A DNA stretch of 64,000 bases from the human T2T-CHM13v2.0 reference genome, Homo sapiens. Below the pieces are notes generated by a model, which did no database searches, was not told the origin of the DNA, and saw nothing but the letters and a program-made list of their open reading frames with translations. Location: the NCBI RefSeq assembly GCF_009914755.1, contig NC_060947.1. One strand, 5' to 3'. The translations under genes and the position numbers were made by a program. Position 1 is the stretch's first letter. Each line of letters starts with the position of its first letter. Below are positions 27,828-44,480 of the stretch, piece after piece.

Positions 27828-28445
27828 TTACTGCTGGAATAAAGGTTCGGAATGAGACAACAAATCTGAACATGACTATCAGAATATGATGAAGGTTCAA
27901 AGTGTGGCAACTAGTATGAAGATGTCTGCTGAGATAAGGTTAAGGTTTAGTATGTGACAATAAGCAAGTAGATGTCTTACCAAAATGGTTAAGCTTCAGT
28001 GTGAGACAACAAGCATGAACATAACTGCTGAAGGAAGGTTAGGAGGAAGGTTTGTCAGCATAAGACAAATAACATGAAAATGATCACTGGAATGAGGTTA
28101 TAATTCACTATGATAAAACAAGCATGAAGATGATCAGTGTGAGCTTATAATTACGAAGAAATCCACTGGAATACAGATAAGGTTTATTGTGAGACATCAA
28201 GCATGAAGCTGACTGACTGCTGCTATTAGACTAATGTTCGGTGTGAGTCAACAAACCTGAGGGTGACCCCTGATACAAGGTAAAGGTCAAGTGTCACACA
28301 TTGTCAGGAACATGATTTCTTGCATAAGATTAAGATTATGTGTGAGACTGCCCCCATGATAATGACCACAGGAATAAGATAAAAGTTCCTTCTGGAAGAG
28401 CAAGCATGATGATGGTTGCTGGAATTAGGTTAAAATTAATTGTGA

Positions 28446-28799
<354 letters not shown>

Positions 28800-29310
28800 T
28801 CATGTGTGATATCTTGTATTCAGTTGGCCACTGGAATCAATATACAGTTTGCAACAAGAAGCATGAAGTACAGCACTGGAATAAGTTTGAGTTTCAGTCA
28901 GTGACAACCATCATAAAGATGACTGCTAGAATAAAGTTAAGGTTCACTGCAGCAAAAGAAAAAAAAAAAAGATCACTGTTGGAATAAGGTTAAAGTTCAG
29001 TGGGACCCAACACCATTAATGTGGCCACTGGAATAAGATTAAGATTTAGAGTATTTCAACAACCTATGGGAATAGGTTAATGTTTAGTGTGACACAACTA
29101 CCAAGAAGATACCTGTTAGAATGAGAATGAGGCAACATTCAGATGAGACAAGAAGCATGAAGATGACGACTGGCATAAGCTTATGCTTCAGCGTGAGACA
29201 TCAAACACGAAAATGGCCACGGTAATAAAGTTAATATTCAGTGTGAGGCAATAAGAATGAAGATGACTGCTGGGAAGTGTGAGAAAAACAAGTATGAATG
29301 TGACCGCTAA

Positions 29311-29628
29311 GGCCAGGTGTAGTGGCTCATGCCTGTAATCCCAGTGCTTTAGGAGACTGAGGTGGGAGGATTGCTTGAGGCCAGAAGTTTGAACCAGCCT
29401 GGTCAACATAGCAAGATCTCATTTCTAAAAATAAAAATAAAAAATAAAATTAGCCAGTTGTGCCACAGGTGACTTGTGCCTGTGGTCCCTGCTACTCAGG
29501 AGGCTAAGGCGGGAGGATCGCTTGTGCCCAGGAGTTCAGGGCTGCAGTGAGCTGTGATTGTGTCACTGCACTCCAGCCTTGGTGACAGAGTGAGACCCCA
29601 TCTCTAAAAACAAACGAATAAACAAAAA
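29311..29628 (+). mobile_element. AluJ inserted in the 50-bp array
   Basis: AluJ-type ggaggattgcttgagg and gggaggatcgcttgtgcccaggagttc; divergent. Confidence 0.88.
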
Positions 29629-30549
29629 GTGAGTGCTGTAATCAGTTTAAGATCAATGTGAGGACACCTGCATAAAGATAATTGCTGGAATATGGTTAAG
29701 ATTGTGTGCAAAAGTAAATGGAACATTAACATGACTGCTTTAATGAAGTTAAATGTCACTGTGAAAAAACAGGCAGGAAAGTAAAGACCAAAAGTGGTTG
29801 TCTTTACTGTGCTTTACTGTGACACAGCAAGCAAGAAGATGACTGCTTGAATAAGGTTTAATTTGTTTTGTGTGGCAAAGAACATGAAGATGATCACTGG
29901 AATAAGGTTAAGATTTAATGTAAGACAGTAAGGATGATGATGACTACTGGAATAAGGCTAATGTTCAGTATTAGATAATAAGTCAAAGGATGACCTCTGG
30001 AATTAGTTTAAGATTCAGCATGTGACACCTTAATGATGATGACTGCTGGAAAAACTATTCAGCATGAAAAAAACAGGAATGGGCATGACTACTACAAATG
30101 ATTATACTGCAGGGTGAGATAAGAGTGAAGATTAGCACTGGAACAAGATGAAGTTTCATTGTGGGACAGCTAGCATGATGAAGACAACTGGAAAATGTTA
30201 AGGTTCAATATCTTTAACAAAGACAACAAAAAAATGAATATGGGTCATATGCTGGAATATGATTCCAGGTCCATGTGAAATGGCAAGCATGATGATGAAT
30301 ACTGAAATAAGGTAGAGGTTTGGTGTAACATGAGAAGCATGAAGATGACTGCTGGAATAATTTTAAGGTTCCTTGTGAGACTACATGCAAGGAGATGACT
30401 GCTAAAAAATGTAAGGCTCAATATGTGACAAGCATGAAGATAATGACTGTACTAAGGTTATGCTTCAGTGGGAGATAATGATGACCACAGGAATAAGGTA
30501 AAGATTCATTATGAGCCTACAAGGATGAAGATAACCACTGTTATAAGGT

Positions 30550-30977
30550 TGATATGGTTTGGATCTGTGTCCCCACCCAAATCTCATGTTGAAATGTAAT
30601 CCCCAATGCTGGAGGTGGGACCTAATGTGAGGTGATTTGATCATGGGGGTGGAGTTCTTATGAATGGTTTAGCACCATTGCCCCTTGGTATTATATAGTG
30701 AATGAGTTATCATGAGATATGGTTGTTTGAAAGTGTATAGCATCTCCCCTCGCTCTCTCTTGCTTCTTCTCCAGCCATGTAAGATGTGTCTTCTTCCCCT
30801 TTGCCTTCCACTATGATTGTAAGCTTCCTGAGGCCTCCCCAGAAGCAGAAGCCAAGCAGATGCCAGCATCATGCTTCCTATACAGCCTGCAGAACCGTGA
30901 GCCAATTAAACCTCTTTTCTTTATAAATAACCAGTCTCAGATATTTATTTATAGCAGTGTGAGGACAGAGTAATACA
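30550..30977 (+). mobile_element. MST solo LTR inserted in the 50-bp array
   Basis: tgatatggtttgg...taataca; perfect 5-bp TSD aaggt at 30545-30549 and 30978-30982. Confidence 0.9.
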
Positions 30978-32334
30978 AAGGTTGAGGTCATTAAGAGACC
31001 ACAGGCATGAAAATGAAAAATGACTACTATAATAGGCATGAAAGTGAACATTAGAATAAAGGTGAAGTTAGGTATGACACAACAAACATGAAGATGACCA
31101 CTGGAAAAGTTAACATCACATGTGAGACTTCGAGTGTAATGATGACTGCTGAAACAATGTCAATGTTCAAAGTATGAGGCAAAAAGTATAAGGATGATTC
31201 TGAAATAAGCTAAGGTAAATGATCAACAAGCATTATGATGAATTCTGGTAAAGATTAAGGTCCTTTGTGACACAAAAACCATGAGGATGACAGCTGGAAT
31301 ATGTTAAGGTTCAATGTGCAGCAGAGAGCTAGAAGGACACTACTGGAATAATGTTACAGTTCAGTGTGAGACTGCCAGCAAGAAGATGACAGCTGGGATA
31401 AGGATAAAGGTAAGACCTGAACAATAAGGATGAAGGTTACTACTAAAATAAGGGTAGTATTCAGTGTGAGACAATAAGCAGGAAGGTGACCACTGGAATA
31501 AGGATAGCATTTGTTTTGAGAAAGGAGGCACGAAGATGACCTCTGGAATAAGGCAAAGTTTCAGTATGAGAAAAGGAGTACAAAAATGATGGATGGAATA
31601 AGGCTATAGTTCAATGAAACTATAATAAAAATGAAGGTGACTGCTGGAATATATTTATGGTTCAGTATGAGACAAAATACATAAAGATGATTGCAGAAAT
31701 AATGCTAAGTTTCCCTTTGAGACATCAGCCATGAAGTGGAATCATGGGATAAGGTTAAGTTTCAGTGTATGAAAATTAGCATGAAAATGATTGCTTGAGT
31801 AATGTTCAGGCTCGATGTGAGACAAGCATGATAATGACTACTGGGATACATTTCTAATTCACTGTGAGAGAGCAAGAATGAAGATGACCACTTTAATAAG
31901 GTTATGTTTCACAGTGAGGAAATAAGCATGAAAATTACCACTAGGAAAATAAAAAATAAAAAAAAGAAAATTACCACTAGGATTAGGTAAAAGTTCAATT
32001 TATGACAACGTGCATGCAGATGACCACTGGAATAAGGTTATCCTTCTGTGTGAGAAAACCACCATGGAATGACACTGGAATGTGTCTATTTTTTTAGTGG
32101 GAGACAAAGAACAGGAATGTGAATACTGGAATAAGGAAAGAGTTTAGTGTGAGAGTAGCATGAAGCTGACCGCTATAATAATGTTAAGGTTCAGTTGAGA
32201 CAGCAAGCATGAAGAATAATACTGGAATGTGCATATGCTTCATTGTGACACAACAATAGGAAAACATCCAACCAAATAAAGGTAAGGTTCAGTGTGCGAC
32301 AACAACTATGATGATGAATGCTAGAATAATTAAT

Positions 32335-32445
32335 CTCACCTATAAAATGGAGATAAAAATAGTACTTATAGGGTTTTTTGAGATGATTAAGTGAGATAGA
32401 CATAAAGAACTGAGCACAATTCTTGATTCTAGTAAGCTTTAAATC
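32335..32445 (+). mobile_element. MIR fragment
   Basis: ctcacctataaaatggagataaaaatagtacttatagggttttttgagatgattaagtgagat is the MIR core. Confidence 0.65.
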
Positions 32446-32793
32446 ATTGGTGGCTGTGGCTATTTTCTTATTATCATCTTTGCCAGCAACAGCAGCACCA
32501 TCACAATGGTCATAATAGTCGTTTCCAGTAAATCAGTGCCCCTTTTAAATTGGCTGATGCTGTGTGGGTTCTTCTGTTGGCTGGGTTTAACAGGAAATCT
32601 TCTTTCAGGAAGAATATACAGAGTTACATTTTTTTTCCAGTGGTTAATGTCTCCCATCTGTGGTTGGAAACTAGGCAAAAAAAATTTAAAAAATAAAAAT
32701 AAAAAAACTTAGCCACTAGGAAGATTAAAGATAGCATTCAAAGTGGGAGGTACACACTTATAGTTTCCAGTGGAGAAGGTTCCTTTCCCCTAC

Positions 32794-33351
32794 GTAATGG
32801 TAAATTTTAGGTGTCCACTTTACTGTATTAAGGGATACTCAGATAGCTGGTAAAGTGTTGTTTCTGGATATATCTGTGAGAATGTTTCCAGAAGAGATTG
32901 GCATTTGAATCAGTAGACTGAGTAAGGAAGATCCTTCCTTACCCAATGTGGGTCAGCACCATCCACTCCACTGAGAGCCCAGATAGAACAAGAAAGCAGG
33001 GGAAAGGTGAATTTGCTGTCTCTTCTGAAACTGGGACACCCTTCTTCTGCCCTTGGATATCAAAACTCCAGATTTTCTGGCCTTTGGACTTTGAGACGTG
33101 CACCAGTGCCCACCCAGATTCTCAGGCCTTGGGCCTGGGACTGAGAGTTACACCACTGGTTTCCCTGGTTCTGAGGCCTTCAGACTTGTACTGAGCCACA
33201 CCACCAGCTTCCCTAGTCTCCACCTTGTGGATGGCCTATCATGGGAATTCTCAGCTTCCATAATTGCATGAGCTAATACTCCTAATAAATACCCTCCCAT
33301 ATATCTATATCTATATATCTTATTGGTTCTGCCTCTTTGGAGAACTAGTAT
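32794..33351 (+). mobile_element. MLT2 (ERVL) solo LTR
   Basis: gtaatggtaaattttaggtgtccactt...tattggttctgcctctttggagaac. Confidence 0.75.
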
Positions 33352-36300
33352 ACCCTGCTGACAATTTTTTTAAAGTAAATAGGGCTACTTTTCTGTTACT
33401 CCCACATATCCTTACTTCTACAAGAATCCTGAGGGAGGGAGGCACTTTGCAGCTGAAAGGGAAACAGTAAAACAATAAGTTGGATGTGTTGGGCAGATAT
33501 CACATTTAGAGAAGAAAGGAAGTCACCCTCTGAGCAGGAGGCTACATAGGTTCCTTTGTGCACCATAAATAGTCCTACCTCTCTCTCTACTCCTTTCCCA
33601 CCATGTCTCTAGCCAGCATTTCCTACTCAATCTCCCTTAGTGAAGCCCTTGCCCAGACATCAATCAGTGCATCATCAGAAGGGGAAAGACCCAAGTAAGA
33701 TCTGACTCTGATAGGAAAGCTCTAGTGAAAGCCTGTAGGTCTGCTCTTTGGGAATATAGCAGTTACTAGGCTATTCTGTGCCACTTAATGCACTACTAAA
33801 AGTAGAGACACATAGACATTCTATCCAGTATAGCTTGGGATTTGCAACCTAATCAGCTCTTTCCAAGCCTTGACACAACTTCTTGAATTGTGTCTTTATA
33901 TGTAGACACAAAAACACTAGGCCTCTTCAATGCAAGGTTTGAAGTAGCTAGTCAGTGCCTCTTGTCCTTTGGGAAACCTGACATAACCCTGACAACCTTT
34001 TTGAGGAGATACCTTATTCTTAGAACCAACTCAGGACACCATGAGTGCAAATATCAACAGGAAATAGAAAATCCCTTCTCTTACTTCATTTACCTTTCTA
34101 AAAGCCAGACCGACAATTAGTCTGCATTAAGCCATACAAAGAAACAACAAATCTTCCTGTATGGATCATAGGGTTTTCATCACTCCTATATGTACTAAAT
34201 TGAAGTTATACCTTTTGGATGCCACTCCATACAAATCTTTCCAGAAAACTATATTTTAAAAAAATTAGCATATCTAACAAATTCTCACTGGAGGAGCTGT
34301 CACTATGCCTTTTCTAACAGTGAGCATAATGTTTGCATATGAAAACACTTGAATGTAAAAAAAGAAACCACTGAATGAAGTCAAATTTCTGAGTGGGAAA
34401 GCATAAAGGTATTTGCTAAAAATCAATATCAAAGATCATAATTAAAAAGTGGATATTATCATAGGAAAGCCTAACTAGAAACACATGAAAATGGTAATAG
34501 TGGGTATAATTCTGGGTAGACAGATTTTTGGCAATTTAAAATTTCATTACACACTTCTGAAGTCTCTAGATCTTCTACCTAAGCATATATTACATCTATA
34601 ATTTCAAAAATTATTCAAAAATTTTTGAACACATCCAGCCTTTTTGTGTGTTGTGATTTTTCATTAAATACTAGCAAAATTGTCTTCTCCATGGATAATT
34701 CATAGAGTCAATGTCAATGGCCTTGCCTTAAAATTTCAGTTATAATCCATTCTCTTTCCAGTAATGATAACAAAGGGAAGGAAAGCACACTTAATTTGAT
34801 AATGCATATGATATGGAATACATCACCTTAATAATTAATATTCTCACCAATAAGGAACCATGCACTGAACAGAAGGAAGATGAGTAGAAGGCCGAAAAGT
34901 GGCCTAGGAGTCATCTCCTTGGGAATGATCCAAGGATCCATGTTCTACGATAAATCTGAAGACGAATCACCTTTTATTTCCCTGGGAAGTGTCCCTAGTT
35001 CTGGAGATTGCCACCAATTACAGTCACCTTTCTTGGACTCCTCCACTTTGTGACCCCAGAATGCCAGTCCTCATCAGAATTGCTCATTGAACCAAACAAT
35101 GCATTGAGGTCTTCCTCAGCCTAGTGCAATAAAGATATTCAGGATGACTGAATTTCTAAGGTAGAAGAGGTTTCACAGATAAGTTCCAATTTCACAACCT
35201 TCTTTATCTACCAAATGAGCAACATTTTGGTCAAGAGCCAATTAAAGTCTGGATGGTGAGTGGCTGGCCCTTAGTCACCATCAAGTCACCTGATGGAAGA
35301 CCTTGGCTACCATGGATCAAATAAGTGGTCTTAAGCTTTTTTTGAATACATGAAGCCTCAGTTTTTCACAGGTAGAAAATAACAATGATCCTAACCTTCC
35401 TCGGCTTTAACATAATTTAATAAATTATGATAATAAGTGAAAAGGCTTTGAAATATCAATGTGCTTTAGAAAAGTGAGGTAGAGTGTTTAGTTTCTAAGC
35501 AAATGGAAATTTAGGGGTTTTGACCTTCATGTAGGGAATACCTAGATTCATGGGTGTACAAACCTGTGCATTTGAACAAAGCCCCATGCTTGGTTTAATG
35601 CTTTGCTGTTGGCATCTTGAAATTCTGGATAATTTTTGCAAAAGAGAATTCTAATTTTATTTTGCTCTGGGGTCCTGCAAATTATGTAGCTTTTCCTGAC
35701 ATCAGGTGCATGACACCTCCCTGTGAATGAAACCCATGCATATAGAAGAATAGAATCACCAGAGTTATCTACTGAGAAGAAAGGTCAAAAACCTGAGAAA
35801 AAAGGTCAAAAGGATAAAAGTAAAGATCAACAGCAGCACCTACAGTGTACATTTGAGAACATTTTATAATAGTTCATATTTATATTTAGCAATTCCTCCC
35901 CTGAAATTATCAAAAGTCTTTGCTTTGATGATTCTTTGATCATCAATGAATTAATCATGTGTGCCCAGAAAAGAAGTGACTTCATATAGGCTGGAAAAGA
36001 GCAGAGACCTTTCTGGCAATGCTAGTTAACGGGCGCCCTCCAGCCCATACAGCTGGACAGATCATAGTAAGTCCTGCTGGGCACTGAGCTAAGTCAGCAT
36101 CCATGTAAAATGTCTTGAATTGGCCAGAAAAGAACATGGCTCAGAGCAAGGAAAAAGCCCTGGGTTCTGGGCCACCACTTGCTTTCCTGCAGTATTACAG
36201 AGGTGTAGTTTCCAAAGAGAAGCCCATGTAATCTCTGAGGAAACTTGCTGGCCCTGGGAAAGGAAACAAACAATTAAAGGAAATGATGACAAAAGTCTAG

Positions 36301-37700
36301 TGTGCTTGAGTGTGCGTGGGGGATGGGAGGTTGTGTAGGAAGAAATACTAAACCAGGCACCATAATGTTCTGCTCCAATATTTGGATTAAGAAAATGGGG
36401 AACTAATTATGGATTAAGGAAACAGGGGTACTACCTTCTGTGTGCTGGGCACTTAACAAAGATAATCACACTCAATCCTATAACATCCCTGGTAGCAAGG
36501 TATGATTCCCATTTTATGACTGAAGATACTCAGGCTTGAAGATGAAAGTTGGTGAGAATGAGCCAAAGGTCTTTCAAACTCAGACACTGGAGACTTATTG
36601 TGAATAAAACATGCTTTGTGGTCTCAGCAATATCTGCAAAGCAAGAAAATGGACAACGATGTATGGAAAGTAAAGATTTTGAGAAGTATTGGCCTACATA
36701 TTATGTTAATTTCTGGCTTATGCCTCCAGGACCCCTAGCAGAAGCCCACTCCACTCCATCACTACAAGAAGACACTGGCAGACTACCACTCCCCACCATC
36801 CACTTGGTCCACAGGTTCCATTTTCCCCTTTTTCATAGATAGAGCTAGCTTTAAATAACATTCCAATCCATGCTGTCACCCCTGAGACAAAGGCACCTGA
36901 GCAGCACTCCCACATTCCCTGGACTCCTGAAGTTTGTTTTCTACAATCTCATCCAGTCTACCCTCCTGCTGCTTCCCGCTATGTCAAGCCTTTCCAAAAC
37001 AAAAAAAAAGATAAAAATAAAGATCAAAACTTTGGTGTTAAAAAAGTCAAAATCAGGTTTATTTGAAATCAGAACAGTCTAAGTTTGTCAATGTCTCTAT
37101 AACAGTGGCTCCCATAGGGTACATGAGGAACACAAATAAGGACTAGAAAAAGATCCCCCTGTCTAATGAAAGGAACAGGTTATAGAAACAGGGTCTCTAT
37201 CATGGAATGAGTCAGCAGTACTCAGGGAGTGACTGCCACTGTTGGCAGTCCCTATCTTTAGCATCTCCAGGAAGGGCTTTTCATATCATTGTTAATGATG
37301 CACAGGGGACAGGAAGAGGGAACTGCCCTTCACAAAACACCCGTAACCTTGCACACCATAAGGATACCCTGAACTTGTCTAGGTGATCTTGACAAGTGAT
37401 TCCATTCCACCCTCTTCATATTACAGGCCCATAGGCTCACCGGTACTGGACTTTTCCATCACAGGTTCTACAGGAGATGGTGACTGTATGAATCTGCCAA
37501 AAGACTTGCCTGTGGGTGGACAGCCCAGCGCCACTGCAGAAAAATTATGTAACTTGGAAACTCATTTAGGTGAGTGGTTGGGACATACTTCCTCTTTGCT
37601 TTATCCAGAGGAACTTCTGAAAATGGTTGTTGACCCCAGGGTACTCAGTCATGCAGCCTGTGCAAAGTAATCCAAAAGAGTGAATGGTAATGCCAAACGA

Positions 37701-38169
37701 TGTAGTAGATTGAATCATGTCCCCCAAAATTCATGTCCATCAGGAACCTCTGAATATGACCCTATATGGAAATAGAGTCTTCGCAAATATAATTAAGGAT
37801 CTCCTCTCCATGTGCAATCATCCTGGGTTTAGAATGGGCCATGAATCCATTACGGGTGTTCTTCTAAGAAGAGGAGAAGACACAGAGACACCCACAAAGA
37901 AGATACACAAAGAAAGATATGTGAAAATGGAGGCAGAGATCGGAGTGATGCATTTACAATCTAAGGAATGCCAAGAATTGCCAATAGCCACCAGAAGCTG
38001 GGAAAAGACAAAGAAAGATTCCTCCCTAGAACCTTCAGAGGGAGCATGGCATTGCCGATACCTTGAATTCAGACTTCTGGCCTCCAGAACTGTAAAAGAA
38101 TACATTTCTGTTGTTTTTAGCCACCCAACTTATGACAGCCTGTTGCGGCAACCACAGGAAACCAATACA
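37701..38169 (+). mobile_element. MLT1B/C-type MaLR LTR
   Basis: tgtagtagattgaatcatgtcccccaaaattcatgtc...ggaaaccaataca; explains the 170-aa ORF at 37717-38229. Confidence 0.8.
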
Positions 38170-40043
38170 GGTAGGGACTGCACGAAAAAAACCACAGTAT
38201 CAGATAAGATTGCTGCCTCAGAGGCCTAAACACCCCTTACGAAGGAAATATAGTTCATCCTCCTTTAATGGAACATTATAGAGTAATTATAAAACATTAT
38301 ACTGAGAAGCAAAGCCACTTATTTGTTAGAAGGGAGAGGTACAAAAGAGTTCAGTTTATTCTTCAGTATCCAGGCTAATGACCCATTCAGAATTATGGGT
38401 AACCCTTAAAATGGGGTTTGAGTTCTTACTTTGTTACCAATTACAGACACTCATATACTATGCAAGATTGTGGCTAATAAATTTTTGAAATGGGTTTTAT
38501 GCGCTTCTTCCTATGTTACCCACTACGACACTTAATGCCATGAAATGCACATGATACAACTGCATTTTATGGTATATTAGTGTCATTAATTAGTAACATA
38601 GTAATTTGGAAAATTTCTTACATTAGAAGCAAACTAATAACATTCAAAACAATTTTGTTAAGAATTCCATATTATAAATGGGGTTGCTGCCATCTGACAA
38701 CAAGCGTAAGCTCTTGGAATAGAAGACAATGGATGAAATTGAACATTCGCTCATATAATATAGGATTTGAGGACTTTGTTCTTAATTGGAAAGTATGCCC
38801 CTAGGATCATACTGGAAATGGGGATGCAATTAAAGTGCCTTCAAGCCTGATACCTGGACCTGATTTCCACACTTAGATAATGTTCAAGGTCTAGGGCTCT
38901 GACTGAATCCAGGATTTCTGAGGCTAGGTAATGTCACAATTTCTGAAATTTGGGTGACATGGAGTACCAAGGGCAGAGGTGCGCTATGATCCAAGTACCA
39001 GCAATCCATCCTTCTCACTTTAAATGTAATCCAGGAAGGTGATATTTGGAGAACACCAATGTTACTTCACTAAAGAAGTCATTGAATTATTTCTACTTGA
39101 GCTAACATACATAATGCAAGTCAATATCAAGAATGAACCAGACAAATGCTAATAAGCCAACTTAAATAGAATGATATAAAAGGGAAGAATTCTTGTTTTA
39201 TCTTAAAGCAAGATTCAGGTTACTGTCAGTAATTATGGTTCTCAGGTTTTTGAAAGAGACAAGAGTTTTCCTTTCTTTCAGTTCTCCCCTTGACTACACG
39301 TTAGTTGTCACAAAATGGAGGCATAAATATAAATAGGCACTCAAGGAACTATTTCATCAGCCAATATGTGCACATTGGAAGTATTAAGGCACAGTCAGCA
39401 CAGAGTGGCCAAAGGGATGGGCCCAGTGAACCCTAAGATAGGGAAGCCTATTCTCACCATTATTTGTCCTGACCAGCCTGACTCCTGACAACTCCCATCC
39501 GCCTTGTTTGTAAATAGAAACCATGACAACTCCCATCTTCCTTGTTTGTAAATAGAAACCACCACGCACATCTTTTTATGCAAGATACCTGGGAAAGAGG
39601 GTTGAGTCCAAAATTAAAAGAAATACCATTATATTAAATACACAATTATGCTGTCAAATGAAATTCAAAAGTGTACGACATGACCTCCAATAGCCATTCG
39701 CTTCCTGAAAACAAAGAGTACTTAATTTGACCATTAATTTCCTCATTTGCAAATTGAACATGTTCTACTTTTCAAAGGGAAATTTACAAAAAAAGAACAA
39801 ATGGTCAAATTCAATTGAATAACATGACATTCAACATGCAATTGTTTTGGCGAATGAAATGCCAAACTACTTTCAGTGGCACTTCTAGGCATTTGCTGTT
39901 ATTAAACAACAGGGGCTTGACCAGTCTGATGCTCAATGTGTAAAATTTTACACTGGAAACACCACAAAAAATTTAAATATTTTTAAAAATACTAGTTGTA
40001 TTACTTAGGGTTCTCCAGAGGAACAAAACCAATAAGGTATAGG

Positions 40044-40094
<51 letters not shown>

Positions 40095-40373
40095 CTAATA
40101 TATATGTATGTGTGTGTATATGTATACGTGTATACACACATGTACATACATATTAGAGCACATTGTATACGCACAATATAGGATATTTATATATATTTAA
40201 TATATGATGCATATTATATATAATTTTTAGTATTATATATGTGTGTGTGTATATATATATCGTATTGCTTATATGTGTTATAAGGAATTGCCTAACACAT
40301 TATGCAGGCTGACAAGTCCCAAGATCTGCAGAGTGAGTCAGCAAGCTTGAGACCCAGGAATGCTGATGGGATA

Positions 40374-42553
<2,180 letters not shown>

Positions 42554-43399
42554 GGTAGTTCCATTCTAAAGGCTGGCAGACTTCAGGCCCCACAAAAGCC
42601 AATGTTTCAGATTGAGTCCAAAGGCAGGAAAAATTCCTTCTTACTTGAGGAAAGGTCAGCCTTTTTATTCTAGTCAGGCCTTCAACTGATTGAATGAAGC
42701 CCACTCACATGATGGAGGGCAATCTACTTTACTCCGTCTACTAATTCAAATGTTAATCTCATCCAGAAACACCATCACAGACACACCCAGAATAAAGTTT
42801 GACCAAATATCTAGGCACCCATTGTCCCAGCCAAGCTGACACATAAAATTAACCATCACGTTATTAGACAAGGAAAGGTATTAAATAATAAGAATTTTTA
42901 AACAGCAGAATGTTATAGAAAATACATTTATGTTATAAAACAAAACACAAAACTAGCCTTGCTGGCAGCTTGGGGATATTCAGTGGCATAAAACCATAAG
43001 CACTTAGCCAAATACTTTCCTTATTTATAAATTAAAAAGAAGAGAGTAAGTTAAATAAAGCTTTTGAAAAAGACCAGTCCCAAATTTTAGTTAAATAATA
43101 AAAGGACATTAAATAACAATTGTTTTGTATAACAAAATTCCAAACTGTATTCTTTGGCAACTGACTGGAGAGGCTGAATAGCATCTACTGTCATAAAACC
43201 CACAAGCACTCAGTCAGATGATTCATTTCCCTACCTGTCATTTTTAAGAAAATGTATGAAAAATAACCAAGACCAGAATTTAAACACCCGAAACCTACTT
43301 ACATATTTTCTCCTTTTTCTTTCCCCCAAAATTAGGCTTAGTGGTTTGGAATTTTAAAAGCTCAAATCAAGAATGACTCTCCAAAGAAATGTATCTATG

Positions 43400-44480
43400 G
43401 TTCCATTAAATTGGAAACTGACACTGAGCTATTGTCCTCTGTCCATTTTCATCCCCTTGCCCCAAAAAACCGATAATTGAGAAGAAATTACCATACTGAA
43501 AGAGTGAGTGACTCATCCAGATTACCAAAGGGAATTTGGGTTGCTGCATCACAATGGGGAAAAGAAGACTACTTCTGGAACTGAGGAGATTCACTGGGGC
43601 ATCACTTAGCACTCCCAAGTCCAGTTCTAAAGTTCAGTGGAAAACTGATGCAACTCCGTGATGACATCACCTGCAAGGACTCAGATCCTTTGGCAATGAA
43701 TGCTTGAGTCACCCTGCCAGGTAAATATTCACCAGGAACTTGAGCTGCCAGCATAGATTAAGGAGAACGTGGAATTGATGTCACAGGAAGAAAAGTGAGA
43801 ATGCTTTCTCCCTGTGATTTTCATGACTATTGAAAAAGTACTGGTAATCATTAAGGTTATAATTTGGGTTACAGGTGGGATTATGATTGGTTTGACATCA
43901 CCCCATGATAATATGTTGACTGATGGGCCTTTGTATCTTCCTTATGTTGTGAAGAGTGTTTTTCCATCTGAGTAAATGGCAACAGTAGATGAGTTTTAGC
44001 AATTGACAGTAGGAATGAAGTGTGTTGGTTATTTTTGTTTTGTCCACCTAGATATATCCTGTAACCTTTTCTGCAAGCTATGTGCCCTAGGAGACTGAGG
44101 CTTGTAGACTACATTACCTGGGCTTCCTTGCCTTCAGCTAATAGTTGGGTTTGGCCAGTGGTAGGCAACTGCAAGAAATCCAAGAGTGGGAGGAGAGAGG
44201 CCAACCTCACCACAAGCGTTACTTGTCACTGTATCTCTGGCAGTGGAGTTCTCACTCTACAATTACAGCTGTTGGTTAGTGGTGTTTTTTAGTGCTAGCC
44301 AATAACACTATTTCTTCCCCTTGCCACTGAAATTCCAGGTTTCCTAAAAATTTCCCATTCTTGCTGATCCAAACAGCCTATGTGGTATCTTCTCTCTGCC
44401 TACATATGCAAGTGGTTCCTTTATTAGAGTATGACTACTTGAACTATCTGATTCAAATTCTGTTTGCTGTTAGGTCCCAA
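43400..44480 (+). mobile_element. Old ERVL internal fragment plus LTR33-like LTR
   Basis: Degenerate ERVL dUTPase-region sequence (catccagattaccaaagggaatttgggttgctg) followed by an LTR33-like segment from ~44020. Confidence 0.55.

Noticed and set aside
37717-38229. 170-aa ORF
   Set aside because: Lies almost wholly in an MLT1 LTR; no splice or domain evidence.
40046-40260. (TA)n tracts here and at 49229-49277
   Set aside because: Expected microsatellite expansion at the usual position within MLT2 LTRs.
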